From Opitutales bacterium (GTDB lineage Bacteria > Verrucomicrobiota > Verrucomicrobiia > Opitutales > UBA953): a stretch of DNA of 64,000 nucleotides. Shown piece after piece: positions 20,203 to 29,927 of the stretch (position 1 is the first letter of the stretch; each line of letters starts with the position of its first letter). The translations under genes were made by a program, and so were the position numbers. The stretch covers positions 14,381-78,380 of the forward strand of contig JBBAUX010000003.1 in NCBI GenBank assembly GCA_040398005.1, in the 5' to 3' direction. Below the pieces are notes generated by a model. The model worked only from the letters and a program-made list of their open reading frames with translations. It searched no databases and had not been told where the DNA came from.

Positions 20203-22662
20203 ATGTTTCGGGTGTGTTTAATTTTACTTTCGTTCATTGGGGTTCATGGAATAGCCGCCCCACCAGAGTGGTCCGGCATTTATCCGAGTTTGGCTTACTT
20301 TAATCAAGAAGGGGAATGCGGCACGGGAGCGGTCGTGCCATGGGCGAATCGACTGTGGGTCATCACCTACGGCCCACACTGTCCCTACGGTTCGAGCGAT
20401 AAACTTTACGAAATCACTCCGTCATTGGAATTAATTACCCGACCAGAAAGCGTGGGCGGAACTCCGGCCAACCGCATGATTCACGAAGAATCTAAACAAC
20501 TGATCATCGGTCCGTATTTTATTGATGCAGCGCGTAATGTCCGTGCGATTTCACCGAAACTCATGCCGGGAAGATTAACTGGAAATGCACGACATCTGAC
20601 CGAGCCTGCTCACAAAATTTATTTTGCGACGATGGAAGACGGGCTCTTCGAAGTGGATGTGCACACTTTAGAGGTGAAGGGTCTGATTAAAGAAATAAAA
20701 AATAAACCAAAGGCCGGACAGACCGTGGAAATAAATCCAGCTACTCTGCAATCAACCCTTCCTGGTTATCACGGCAAAGGACTCTACTCCGGCCAAGGCG
20801 TTGTCATTATTGCGAACAATGGTGAAGACACTCCTATCGCACTAAAAAATCCGAACATTGATAGCGGCGCCGTCGGTGAATGGAACGGATCAGGTAATTG
20901 GCAACTCGTTCGGCGTAATCAATTCACGGAAGTCACTGGAGCAGGAGGAATTAAAGGAAATTCAAATCCAGCAACCGATCCGATTTGGACCATCGGCTGG
21001 GATTATCGGTCGGTCATTTTGATGGTGAAAGAAAAGGGCGAATGGAGTTCGTATCGCCTACCGAAAGCTAGCCATACTTACGATGGTGCTCATGGATGGA
21101 ATACGGAGTGGCCGCGCATTCGTGATGTAGGTGAAGCTGGCTCACGCTTGATGACCATGCACGGCATGTTCTGGAATTTCCCGGAAACATTCTCCGTTAA
21201 AAATTCAGCAGGTATTTACCCCCGTTCAACCTACCTAAAAGTTATCGGAGATTTCACACGTTGGAATGATCGACTTGTTTTCGGATGCGATGACACCGCT
21301 AAGTCTGAATTTCTAAATAAGCGTGAAGCTAAAGGAAAACTCGCAGGCCCCGGACAGTCGCAATCCAATCTCTGGTTCACCTCACTAGATAAGCCCAATC
21401 ATTTAGGACCAGTCTTAGGTCGCGGCAGCGTCTGGTTAAATGAATCAGTTAAGGCACAGGTTTTCTCTGATCCATTTTTACTATCAGGATTCACTAAACG
21501 CGCGCTACACCTTGAACACGACGGAGTCGCACCGACGGTCTTTACAATCGAAATAGATTCCAAAGGAAATAATCAATGGTCAACCTGGAGACAAATTACC
21601 GTCCCTGCAGAAACTAAAAGCGGGTGGCTAAATATTCCTGAAACCGAACAGGGAGTTTGGCTGCGGCTTATAACCGATCGTGATGTCGCGACACTCTCCG
21701 CAACTTTTCAGTATGCCGGTCAGGACAATCGTACCAAGGATACCGACCCGATGTTTGCTGGGTTATCTCCAGCGAAAGACGAAACCTCGAAAGGCGCATT
21801 TCTTTTAACAACGGGTAATAACCAACGCACTCTGGCGGTATTAAATGCCGAAATTAAAAACGGCCAAACAACGGTTCGTTCACTTTACGAATTAAATGCC
21901 GACATGCAATTAATCCCCGCGGATCCAGCGACCTTAGAAAAAATTAAACAAGTCACAGAAATTCCGAAAGGCATCATTACGAGCGATGAGGCTTCGGTTA
22001 TTTTTGTCGAAAACGGACAACGCTGGCGACTACCTCGCTCGTCGGAAATAAACCAAGATAAATTATTAGAACAATCTAGCCTGCGAAAAGCACGTGAGGT
22101 TTGTACTGAACGCGATCTACTCCAAGCACACGGCACCTTTTATGAATTGCCCGCCTTGAATGCCATGGGGGCCATACGAATAAGACCCATCGCGACCAGC
22201 GATTTAGCGATTCACGATTTTTGTTCGTATCGCGGACTCTTAGTACTTAGCGGTATCGACCCATCGATAAAAAATAATGACTCTCATATTATTCGTTCAA
22301 TGGACGGAGAAGCGGCGGTCTGGGTGGGTGCAGCAGATGATCTCTGGAAACTCGGTAAACCAAGAGGATATGGCGGACCATGGAAAAATTCGTCTGTAAA
22401 AGCGGACAAGCCTTCCGATCCTTATCTAATGACTGGCTACGATAAGAAAAAAATTAACTTACAGAATCATAGCTCAACTCCTAACGTTATCACCATGGAA
22501 TGTGATGTCACTGGCGATGGACGTTTCAGTTTTTATAAATCTTTTGCGCTCGAACCTAATCAGACAATCGATGTGCAATTACCGGAGTGGCTCAATGCCT
22601 ACTGGGTTAGATTCACCCCGAGTATCGATGGTAAAATGAGCGTGCAATTGACATACGATTAA
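20203..22662 (+). CDS. Large exported protein of unknown function
   Basis: 819-aa ORF, signal peptide, Trp/Gly-rich and beta-rich. Confidence 0.85.
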   Translation: MFRVCLILLSFIGVHGIAAPPEWSGIYPSLAYFNQEGECGTGAVVPWANRLWVITYGPHCPYGSSDKLYEITPSLELITRPESVGGTPANRMIHEESKQLIIGPYFIDAARNVRAISPKLMPGRLTGNARHLTEPAHKIYFATMEDGLFEVDVHTLEVKGLIKEIKNKPKAGQTVEINPATLQSTLPGYHGKGLYSGQGVVIIANNGEDTPIALKNPNIDSGAVGEWNGSGNWQLVRRNQFTEVTGAGGIKGNSNPATDPIWTIGWDYRSVILMVKEKGEWSSYRLPKASHTYDGAHGWNTEWPRIRDVGEAGSRLMTMHGMFWNFPETFSVKNSAGIYPRSTYLKVIGDFTRWNDRLVFGCDDTAKSEFLNKREAKGKLAGPGQSQSNLWFTSLDKPNHLGPVLGRGSVWLNESVKAQVFSDPFLLSGFTKRALHLEHDGVAPTVFTIEIDSKGNNQWSTWRQITVPAETKSGWLNIPETEQGVWLRLITDRDVATLSATFQYAGQDNRTKDTDPMFAGLSPAKDETSKGAFLLTTGNNQRTLAVLNAEIKNGQTTVRSLYELNADMQLIPADPATLEKIKQVTEIPKGIITSDEASVIFVENGQRWRLPRSSEINQDKLLEQSSLRKAREVCTERDLLQAHGTFYELPALNAMGAIRIRPIATSDLAIHDFCSYRGLLVLSGIDPSIKNNDSHIIRSMDGEAAVWVGAADDLWKLGKPRGYGGPWKNSSVKADKPSDPYLMTGYDKKKINLQNHSSTPNVITMECDVTGDGRFSFYKSFALEPNQTIDVQLPEWLNAYWVRFTPSIDGKMSVQLTYD

Positions 22663-22736
22663 TAAATAAAGGGCGAAAGTATGTCCTCGCTTGCACCCCA
22701 ACTTATACTCGCCAAGTTGCATCTACTGACGATTTT

Positions 22737-23813
22737 ATGAGCCAGCCGTTCGATACCATTGAAGACACTCTCGCAGATATTGCTGCGGGTAAGTTGGTTA
22801 TTGTGACGGATGATGAGAATCGTGAGAACGAAGGCGACTTCGTCATGGCCGCTTCCAAGGTCACACCCGAAGCAGTCAATATGATGATTCGTCATGGCCG
22901 TGGTCTCATTTGCGTCCCGACGGTTGAACACCAACTCAAGCGCCTTGGTATTTCTCAAATGGTTCCAGAAAATCGGGAATCCCAACGTACGGCTTTTGCG
23001 ATTTCAGTCGACGCCGCAGATGGTATCTCGACCGGCATCAGTGCTTATGATCGCGCGAAAACGATTTCCATTTTAGCTGATCCACATTCACAACCTGAGC
23101 ACCTCGTCCAACCAGGACATATTTTTCCGCTCATGGCTCGCCCAGGTGGAGTATTACAACGCGCAGGTCACACCGAAGCCGCGGTCGATTTAGCTTCACT
23201 CGCAGGCCTGCATCCGAGCGGAGTGATTTGTGAAATTCTCAATGAAGATGGCTCGATGGCGCGCTTGCCCGAACTGATTGAATTAAAAAAGAAATTTAAC
23301 CTACGGATGATTTCAATCGCGCAGCTCATTGAGTACCGCCACCGCAGTGAAAAGTTAGTCGAGTTAATTGCGACCAGCCCCTTTAAATCAAAATGGGGAC
23401 AATTCGAACTGCGCGTTTATCGATCACTACCTGATGGCCGCCAACACCTAGCCTTCGTCCTTGGTCAGCCAAAAAATTCGCCGACGCTCGTACGCGTCCA
23501 ACGTGAAAACTTATTAGGCGATTTATTTCAGGGCTTATCATTTGGTGAGGGTAATTCCCTTTCCGCTAGTTTTGCCGCGGTGGCTATGGCGGGAACGGGA
23601 GTCATCGTTCACGTCGCTCAACCCTTTGGCGGAGTGAAGGCCGACAATGAAGGCATCCGACTCCATGCAATGGATGCGCGCGATTACGGTATTGGTGCCC
23701 AAATACTTTCGCACATTGGACTTAAGCAAATCCGTTTGATTACCAATAACCCTCGAAAAGTAGTCGGTCTGAGCGGTTATGGGCTCGAAATCGTCGAACA
23801 AGTCCCCTTTTAA
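22737..23813 (+). CDS. ribB: 3,4-dihydroxy-2-butanone-4-phosphate synthase fused to a degenerate GTP cyclohydrolase II domain
   Basis: DDENRENEGD, TGISAYDR, PGHIFPL, RAGHTEA intact; C-domain keeps RDYGIGAQIL and TNNP.K but lacks the Zn-binding cysteines. Confidence 0.93.
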   Translation: MSQPFDTIEDTLADIAAGKLVIVTDDENRENEGDFVMAASKVTPEAVNMMIRHGRGLICVPTVEHQLKRLGISQMVPENRESQRTAFAISVDAADGISTGISAYDRAKTISILADPHSQPEHLVQPGHIFPLMARPGGVLQRAGHTEAAVDLASLAGLHPSGVICEILNEDGSMARLPELIELKKKFNLRMISIAQLIEYRHRSEKLVELIATSPFKSKWGQFELRVYRSLPDGRQHLAFVLGQPKNSPTLVRVQRENLLGDLFQGLSFGEGNSLSASFAAVAMAGTGVIVHVAQPFGGVKADNEGIRLHAMDARDYGIGAQILSHIGLKQIRLITNNPRKVVGLSGYGLEIVEQVPF

Positions 23814-23883
23814 TTTTTCCTAAGCGTTTCCGCTTGAACGTAATAACTTAAGTTGTTGCATCAGCCTTTCGTTCTTCCTGCAC

Positions 23884-24402
23884 ATGAGCCAAGACAAACC
23901 ATCATCGCCTAACATCTCAGGGGCCAAATTTGTTTTTAGCATCGTCGCAGCAAGTTATAACCAAGATTTAGTTGAGGCGTTATTACAGAAGACGATTGCC
24001 ACCCTAACGCAGGCCCAAGTCGCCCCGCAAAATATTCGCGTGTTGCGCGTTCCTGGTTCGGGCGAGCTACCCTATGTGGCACACATGACGGCGTCATCGA
24101 GTGAGTTCGACTGCGTGATTGTTCTGGGAGTCGTCATCGCTGGAGACACCCCGCACCACGAAATTATTGGGCAATCTACAGCTATCGCCCTTCAAGAGGT
24201 CGCCATTCGCTCGGAAGTTCCCGTGATCAACGGTATTGTGGTAACCAATAATCGAACACAAGCCGAACAACGCTGTATCGGTTCCCTCGATCGCGGAACC
24301 GAGTTTGCGCAAGCGGCATTAGTGATGGCACAACATCGGCAAACCTTAGGCGAAAGACTCGATACACTCGAAGACTTAGATGAACCCTTTGCCAAAAATT
24401 AA
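23884..24402 (+). CDS. ribH: 6,7-dimethyl-8-ribityllumazine synthase
   Basis: VPGSGELP, LGVVIAGDTPH, PVINGIV. Confidence 0.93.
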   Translation: MSQDKPSSPNISGAKFVFSIVAASYNQDLVEALLQKTIATLTQAQVAPQNIRVLRVPGSGELPYVAHMTASSSEFDCVIVLGVVIAGDTPHHEIIGQSTAIALQEVAIRSEVPVINGIVVTNNRTQAEQRCIGSLDRGTEFAQAALVMAQHRQTLGERLDTLEDLDEPFAKN

Positions 24403-24883
24403 CGTGGAAAATCCTGAAGCAGAAAAAAACCCAGCGACTCCGCAAAAACGCAATCGTCGTCGCGATAGTCGTGTCGCGGCCATGCAATTTCTTTATTCCT
24501 GGGAATCACAAAGACACGGCGATTTAGTAACTGCCCTCTTTGATTTTTTCAGCGAACAAGAACAACCACGCGACTACTACTCGTTTGCGGAAGAACTCAT
24601 TCACGGCGTCATTAAAGATATCGATCTCATCGACGAAGTAGTGAAACGCTTTACGGAAAATTGGACCTTTGAACGCATCGCTAAAGTTGATTTAGCAATT
24701 CTTCGTTTGGGTATTTTCGAGCTGATGCGTCGCACCGACATTCCGCCGATTGTGACCATCAACGAGGCGGTCGATCTCGCTAAGAGTTTTTCGACCGATG
24801 AATCTAAGCGCTTCGTGAACGGCATTCTTGATCGCTATAAAGGTGAAATTGGCCGCGACCCACGCAAAGCAGAAGGAGCGTAA
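24380..24883 (+). CDS. nusB: Transcription antitermination factor
   Basis: Arg-rich N-terminus, VDLAILRLG, INEAVDLAK.F, FVNGILD; follows ribH. Confidence 0.95.
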   Translation: MNPLPKINVENPEAEKNPATPQKRNRRRDSRVAAMQFLYSWESQRHGDLVTALFDFFSEQEQPRDYYSFAEELIHGVIKDIDLIDEVVKRFTENWTFERIAKVDLAILRLGIFELMRRTDIPPIVTINEAVDLAKSFSTDESKRFVNGILDRYKGEIGRDPRKAEGA

Positions 24884-24885
24884 AA

Positions 24886-25791
24886 ATGAGCGGTGGTTTT
24901 TTTGAAAAACTCAAAGCTGGGCTTAACCGTACCACCACCGCGTTAACTAATCTTTTTGCTCGGCCGATGGATGAATCGTCTGTCGAGAAATTACGTGAGC
25001 TCTTGATTGCCGGAGACTTTGGTTTAACGACAACCGAAGAAGCGGTGCAAGCTGCTAAAAATGCTTGGAAGAATAATGCGGAGTTACGCCAGGCGGGTCC
25101 GGCTGAAGCAGCTGCTCAAGTCATCGAAAATGTTTTAGAAAATTGTGGAGAGTGGAATCCGCCTTCCCAAAAGCCCGTGGTCATTATGCTTTTGGGTATC
25201 AATGGTGCGGGTAAAACAACTACCGCGGCCAAGCTGGTCGCCCGCTGGCAAAAAAAGGGTCAGCATTGTATTCTAGGTGCGTGCGATACCTTTCGAGCGG
25301 CCGCGAGCGAACAGCTAGCTTCCTGGGCAGAAAAAACCGGAGCAGAAATTGTGAGCGGTGCCGCAGGAGCTGATCCCGCAGCGATTGCTTTTGACGCCAT
25401 TAAGGCCGGCGTGGCCCGAGGTGTAGATTTTGTTATTTTAGATACGGCTGGAAGACTGCACACCAAGACACATCTTTTAGAAGAACTTAGAAAAGTTGTC
25501 CGGGTGACGGATAAAGCGCTGACTGGTGCACCGCATGAAAAATGGTTGGTGGTCGATGGTTCGCTGGGTGCAAATTCAATCGAACAGGCTAAAGTTTTTC
25601 ATGAAGCCGTGCAGTTAACGGGAATTATCGTTACCAAGCTGGATGGTTCGGCTAAAGGGGGTGCCCTCGTTGCCATCGTGCGTGAACTGGGTATTCCCGT
25701 AAGATTTATTGGGCTGGGTGAGACCAGCGAAGATCTCGTACCGTTCGATAAAAAGGCCTATGCGCGGTCGGTCGTCGGACTGGAAGTATAG
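24886..25791 (+). CDS. ftsY: SRP receptor GTPase (short, no acidic A-domain)
   Basis: GINGAGKTTT, DTFRAAA, DTAGR, TKLDGSAKGG. Confidence 0.95.
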   Translation: MSGGFFEKLKAGLNRTTTALTNLFARPMDESSVEKLRELLIAGDFGLTTTEEAVQAAKNAWKNNAELRQAGPAEAAAQVIENVLENCGEWNPPSQKPVVIMLLGINGAGKTTTAAKLVARWQKKGQHCILGACDTFRAAASEQLASWAEKTGAEIVSGAAGADPAAIAFDAIKAGVARGVDFVILDTAGRLHTKTHLLEELRKVVRVTDKALTGAPHEKWLVVDGSLGANSIEQAKVFHEAVQLTGIIVTKLDGSAKGGALVAIVRELGIPVRFIGLGETSEDLVPFDKKAYARSVVGLEV

Positions 25792-25832
25792 GTTGGCTTG
25801 CCAGCACCGATTCAATAACTCAGGTTTCATTC

Positions 25833-26927
25833 ATGACCGTGGAAAGTGTCCAAGTTAAACTCACTCAACATTCATACCCTGTACGAATTGGTGCCGGTGT
25901 CTGGTCGGAAGTTCTACTCACCGCCCAAAGTCATCTTCTGAATAATAAAAAGTGTGTTGCGGTAACCTCCCCCGCCATTGCCCAGGCCCAGCCTGATTTA
26001 ATTAAAAAGATTTCTGCGTTGATGCCGATGATCATCACGCAGGTGGATGGCGAAAAGGCAAAATCAGCTGATGAATTGTTGAGGCTCTGGAACTTCTTAG
26101 CCGCCCAAGGAATCGCCCGCGATGGTACTGTTTTCGCCATCGGTGGGGGTGTCATTGGCGATTTAGCTGGATTCACTGCAGCCACTTACCAACGGGGTAT
26201 TGAATGTATCCAAGTTCCCACGACACTTTTAGCGATGGTGGATAGTTCCGTGGGTGGTAAAACGGGAATCAATTTAACGGCTGGAAAAAACTTAGTCGGC
26301 AGCTTTCACCAACCGCTAGCAGTCTATGCCGACACTTCACTATTATCTACCCTGCCCGCGCGCGAATTTGCGGCAGGGATGGCTGAAGTGATTAAGCACG
26401 GGCTGATTGCGGACAAAAAACTCTTTAGTGATCTACAGTCGCTCGCTCCGCTTACTTGGCAGAGTCCACAACTTCCCGCCGTGATTCGTCGCTGTGTAGA
26501 AATTAAAGCCTCGGTGGTCAGCGATGATGAATTCGAAACGAAAAAAGAAGGCGGACGGGCGTTACTTAATTTAGGTCACACCTTCGGTCATGCCATTGAA
26601 GCGGTGGCTGGATATGGAACTTACTTACATGGCGAAGCCGTGGCCATTGGCTTAGTCATGGCCGCACGCTTATCCGCAGAGTTGGGTCAGTGTACCTCCG
26701 ACGAAGTGGTTGCCATAGAAAAAACTTTAGCAGCCTACAATCTACCTACTCAATTACGCTCTCCCCTGCCGCTTAAAGCATTAATGGCAGCGATGAAGCG
26801 GGATAAAAAAGTTCGCTCTGGAAAATTGCGTTTTATTTTAATGCAAGGCATCGGCAGCGCGAAGAGCACCGAAGAGGTTCCGGAAGATTTAGCGGCGAAA
26901 ATTTTCCGCAGCGGCGGATCGATTTAA
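25833..26927 (+). CDS. aroB: 3-dehydroquinate synthase
   Basis: GGGVIGDLAGF, PTTLLAMVDSSVGGKTG, LNLGHTFGHAIE, HGEAV. Confidence 0.97.
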   Translation: MTVESVQVKLTQHSYPVRIGAGVWSEVLLTAQSHLLNNKKCVAVTSPAIAQAQPDLIKKISALMPMIITQVDGEKAKSADELLRLWNFLAAQGIARDGTVFAIGGGVIGDLAGFTAATYQRGIECIQVPTTLLAMVDSSVGGKTGINLTAGKNLVGSFHQPLAVYADTSLLSTLPAREFAAGMAEVIKHGLIADKKLFSDLQSLAPLTWQSPQLPAVIRRCVEIKASVVSDDEFETKKEGGRALLNLGHTFGHAIEAVAGYGTYLHGEAVAIGLVMAARLSAELGQCTSDEVVAIEKTLAAYNLPTQLRSPLPLKALMAAMKRDKKVRSGKLRFILMQGIGSAKSTEEVPEDLAAKIFRSGGSI

Positions 26928-27154
26928 GGCTGAGGACCGACCGCTGGCTTAATGGCACGCCAGTCACCGTCTTTCAAACGCTGGTCATTCTTTTCGTTAG
27001 CCTGTTTAACTCTTTGGCCTAACTCACCTTCGCTGGACTTTTCTCCGGCTAAGACGGCGGCGGCAGGAGTTTTTTCTGCGCGGAACGACGGGTCGTTCGC
27101 TGGAATAGCACAGCCTGTTAAGAGTACTAGAGAAAGAATGGATAGTGATTTCAT
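26924..27154 (-). CDS. Small putative lipoprotein
   Basis: MKSLSILSLVLLTGC lipobox; ATG immediately after the pgm stop. Confidence 0.7.
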   Translation of the reverse strand: MKSLSILSLVLLTGCAIPANDPSFRAEKTPAAAVLAGEKSSEGELGQRVKQANEKNDQRLKDGDWRAIKPAVGPQP

Positions 27155-27155
27155 T

Positions 27156-29090
27156 TTATTTAGTTTTAGCACGCTTCTGAGCATCGGCTTCTAACCAGGT
27201 TCGTAAAGACATTGCTTGTTTTTTCGCACGAGCTCGTGCGGATTTTAAATCATCAGCATCTTCAGTTTTGGCCGAGGTAAAGGTGTAAAACTTCACCTTC
27301 GGTTCGGTGCCTGAGGCGCGCACGGCAATACGCGATCCATCAGCTAATTCAGCCATGATAAATTCTTCGCGAGGAACCTGTTCACCCTCACTATCCATTA
27401 CCTTGTCTTGATCGTAATCGGTAATCTTAGTTACTTTGCCGCCGTCGATTTCTTTAGGGGGGCTATTACGCCATGAACTAACAATACGACGAATCGCTAC
27501 GGCGCCTTCGGCACCTTCAAACGAAATATTTAGGAGATCTTCGACATGTGCACCGTTGGCTAAATGCAAGGCGTCTAAAGCATCGAGGAGCGTACGACCG
27601 CGCGAACGAAGAATGGCAGCATACTCGCAAAGCATCATGACAGCACCATTCGCATCTTTATCACGGATAGCGTCATCACTGAGATATCCATAGCTCTCTT
27701 CAGCTCCTAAAATAAAGAAGTTCCCATTACGGAGGGCGAGCGGCGCTCGTCGATTTAGTGGTAAATTATAGTAATCCGCGGCTCCATTTTCAGAAATTTT
27801 CTTCGACCACTTTTCTAATTTACGTCCGATCCACTTAAAGCCGACGAGGGTTTCTAGGCAGCGGACGCCATGGCGGTTGCATATTTTTTCGACCAGGGGC
27901 GTGGTCACCAGTGATTTAACGACCACGGCGGAAGGCGAACCGCTGGCGGGAATAATTCCGTTATCCTTTAAAGCGGATATTTTAAATTCGGTTAAGAGTG
28001 CGGCGACTTCATTACCTGTGAGTAAACGATAGCCCCCTTGAGCCTCGCGACAGGCGACGCCAACGCGATCAGCATCGGGATCGGTTGCTAAAACAATATC
28101 GGCATTCAGTTCAGTCGCTAATTTTAAGGCGAGAACGTAGGCTGCAGGATTTTCTGGATTAGGTGAAGGGACGGTCGGAAAACGTCCGTCATGTTCGCGC
28201 TGTTCTTCGACGACGTGTGGATCAATACCCAGTCGGCGCAGGGCTGGAATCACCATCACATCACCGGTGCCATGGAGATTGGTGAAAACAACACTTGGTG
28301 CATGCCGACCCATGATTTCCGGGTCAATCACACCTTTTACTAGTCTGTTTAAATACGCTTCTTCGATAACTTGAGTAACTGGCTGCACGCCGCTCAAATT
28401 GATTTCTAAAAAGGGAATCACTTCGGCGACTTCGATTTTTCCAACGAAGTCAACAATCGCGGTATCGGCAGGTGGAGTCACCTGAGCGCCATCGTGCAGA
28501 TAGCATTTAAATCCGTTGTCATGAGAGGGATTATGACTCGCGGTGATGACCACTCCGGCATGCGCTTCTAAATGGCGAAGCGTGAAACTTAATTGCGGGG
28601 TAGAGCGTGGACCGGAAAAAAGAAAAGCTTCGCCGCCTAATTTAATCCAAGCCGACGCGAGCAGCTCGGCAAAGTGTTTGGAAAAGTGACGGACATCATG
28701 GGCGATCACTAATCGTGGTTTTTCTTGGCTAGCGGAAACATGTTTCCATAAACCCAAGCCCGCTCTTAAAATATTAACATCGTTTAAGCAGGCCGACCCC
28801 ACGGCGGCCCGGATGGGGTGACCGCTCGAATCCATTTCATTAGAAGCACTAATACGGCCGACCGTGCGACCCCGCATTCCGCCGGTACCGAAAGCGATAC
28901 CCTTGTAAAAACGATCTTCGATTTCGGCCCAGGCAGATTTTTCGATTAAATCCGTCAAACTCTCTGTAATCGACGAAGGTAGGTTTTTGGTTTCTAGCCA
29001 GCGGGCGACATTATTGAAAGTAACTGCAGAAATTTGGCCCTCGGACTGTGCGGACTTTAAAGCCGCAATGACCGTGTTAGTAGCATTCAT
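27156..29090 (-). CDS. pgm: Phosphoglucomutase/phosphomannomutase
   Basis: FGTGGMRG, TASHNP, DPDADR, EESYGY, RASGTEPK; start taken at MNATN (29090). Confidence 0.93.
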   Translation of the reverse strand: MNATNTVIAALKSAQSEGQISAVTFNNVARWLETKNLPSSITESLTDLIEKSAWAEIEDRFYKGIAFGTGGMRGRTVGRISASNEMDSSGHPIRAAVGSACLNDVNILRAGLGLWKHVSASQEKPRLVIAHDVRHFSKHFAELLASAWIKLGGEAFLFSGPRSTPQLSFTLRHLEAHAGVVITASHNPSHDNGFKCYLHDGAQVTPPADTAIVDFVGKIEVAEVIPFLEINLSGVQPVTQVIEEAYLNRLVKGVIDPEIMGRHAPSVVFTNLHGTGDVMVIPALRRLGIDPHVVEEQREHDGRFPTVPSPNPENPAAYVLALKLATELNADIVLATDPDADRVGVACREAQGGYRLLTGNEVAALLTEFKISALKDNGIIPASGSPSAVVVKSLVTTPLVEKICNRHGVRCLETLVGFKWIGRKLEKWSKKISENGAADYYNLPLNRRAPLALRNGNFFILGAEESYGYLSDDAIRDKDANGAVMMLCEYAAILRSRGRTLLDALDALHLANGAHVEDLLNISFEGAEGAVAIRRIVSSWRNSPPKEIDGGKVTKITDYDQDKVMDSEGEQVPREEFIMAELADGSRIAVRASGTEPKVKFYTFTSAKTEDADDLKSARARAKKQAMSLRTWLEADAQKRAKTK

Positions 29091-29188
29091 AATTGTCTGC
29101 ATCATTGGCAGTCTTAGCATAGGCAACAAGCCAATTTGAGGGGGAGGCGGGGGTTGACACTGACCGTGCAATGTTAAGGGTTATTTAT

Positions 29189-29926
29189 ATGTCTGAAAGC
29201 CGTCCACCCAAGCGCACCAAAGCCGATCACGACCGTAATTTAGTCGTCGTAGATGAAGATTTTGCCAATGCCGATGCCGAGGATCGCCTCTGGCTCTTCT
29301 GGGAAAGAAATCAAACGGTTATCGTTCGGTCCATCACCTCTGTCGTCGCCGGAGTTCTTGCATTCTTGGCTTTTTATTTTTGGAAAGAAGCCCAACACGA
29401 AGCCCTAGGCGAAGCCTATGTCGCCTGCCAAGATGAAACCGCGCGTCGGGCTTTTGCAACCGCTCACCCCAAAGAATCCTTAGCCGCGATTGCACTCATC
29501 GAAGTGGCGGATGAGTTGCGCCGAAAAAATAAATTAACCGAAGCCGCCAAGACTTATGATGAGGCGGCGGCCATCGCAGCTATCGCTGGGGAAAGTCCGG
29601 CGATTCATGCGATTGCGACGAGAGCAAAACTTTTTTCCGGCCTGAGTCGTCAGGAATTAGGACAAGCCAACGCTGAAGCCATCATCACCAGTGTCGCCGA
29701 AGATAATTCCGCTCCCGAAACTTTAAAAGGTTATGCGATGTATGTTTTAGCAAATTTAGCATTAACCCGGGGTGACAATGCGGGCGCGGCCAAGTGGATC
29801 AACCTCATGGATAAACGTCTGCAGGCCACCCACGTTTGGGCCCAAGATAAAACTTGGTTGGTGCGTTCGGAGCCTGCTTTACTGACTCCACTGAACCCCG
29901 ATCCAATTCCCTCAAAAGGAAAATAA
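29189..29926 (+). CDS. Membrane-anchored TPR-like protein (YfgM-like architecture)
   Basis: FWERN then one TM helix, then Ala-rich helical repeats; ATG 29189 lies 35 nt after TTGACA. Confidence 0.7.
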   Translation: MSESRPPKRTKADHDRNLVVVDEDFANADAEDRLWLFWERNQTVIVRSITSVVAGVLAFLAFYFWKEAQHEALGEAYVACQDETARRAFATAHPKESLAAIALIEVADELRRKNKLTEAAKTYDEAAAIAAIAGESPAIHAIATRAKLFSGLSRQELGQANAEAIITSVAEDNSAPETLKGYAMYVLANLALTRGDNAGAAKWINLMDKRLQATHVWAQDKTWLVRSEPALLTPLNPDPIPSKGK

Positions 29927-29927
29927 A

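Noticed and set aside
22663..22736. FMN riboswitch before ribB
   Set aside because: Only 74 nt of intergenic space and no recognisable conserved aptamer sequence.
29091..29188. Extended N-termini given in the ORF track for pgm and the 29171 ORF
   Set aside because: They run through the shared divergent promoter region; downstream ATGs at 29090 and 29189 fit the promoter spacing better.
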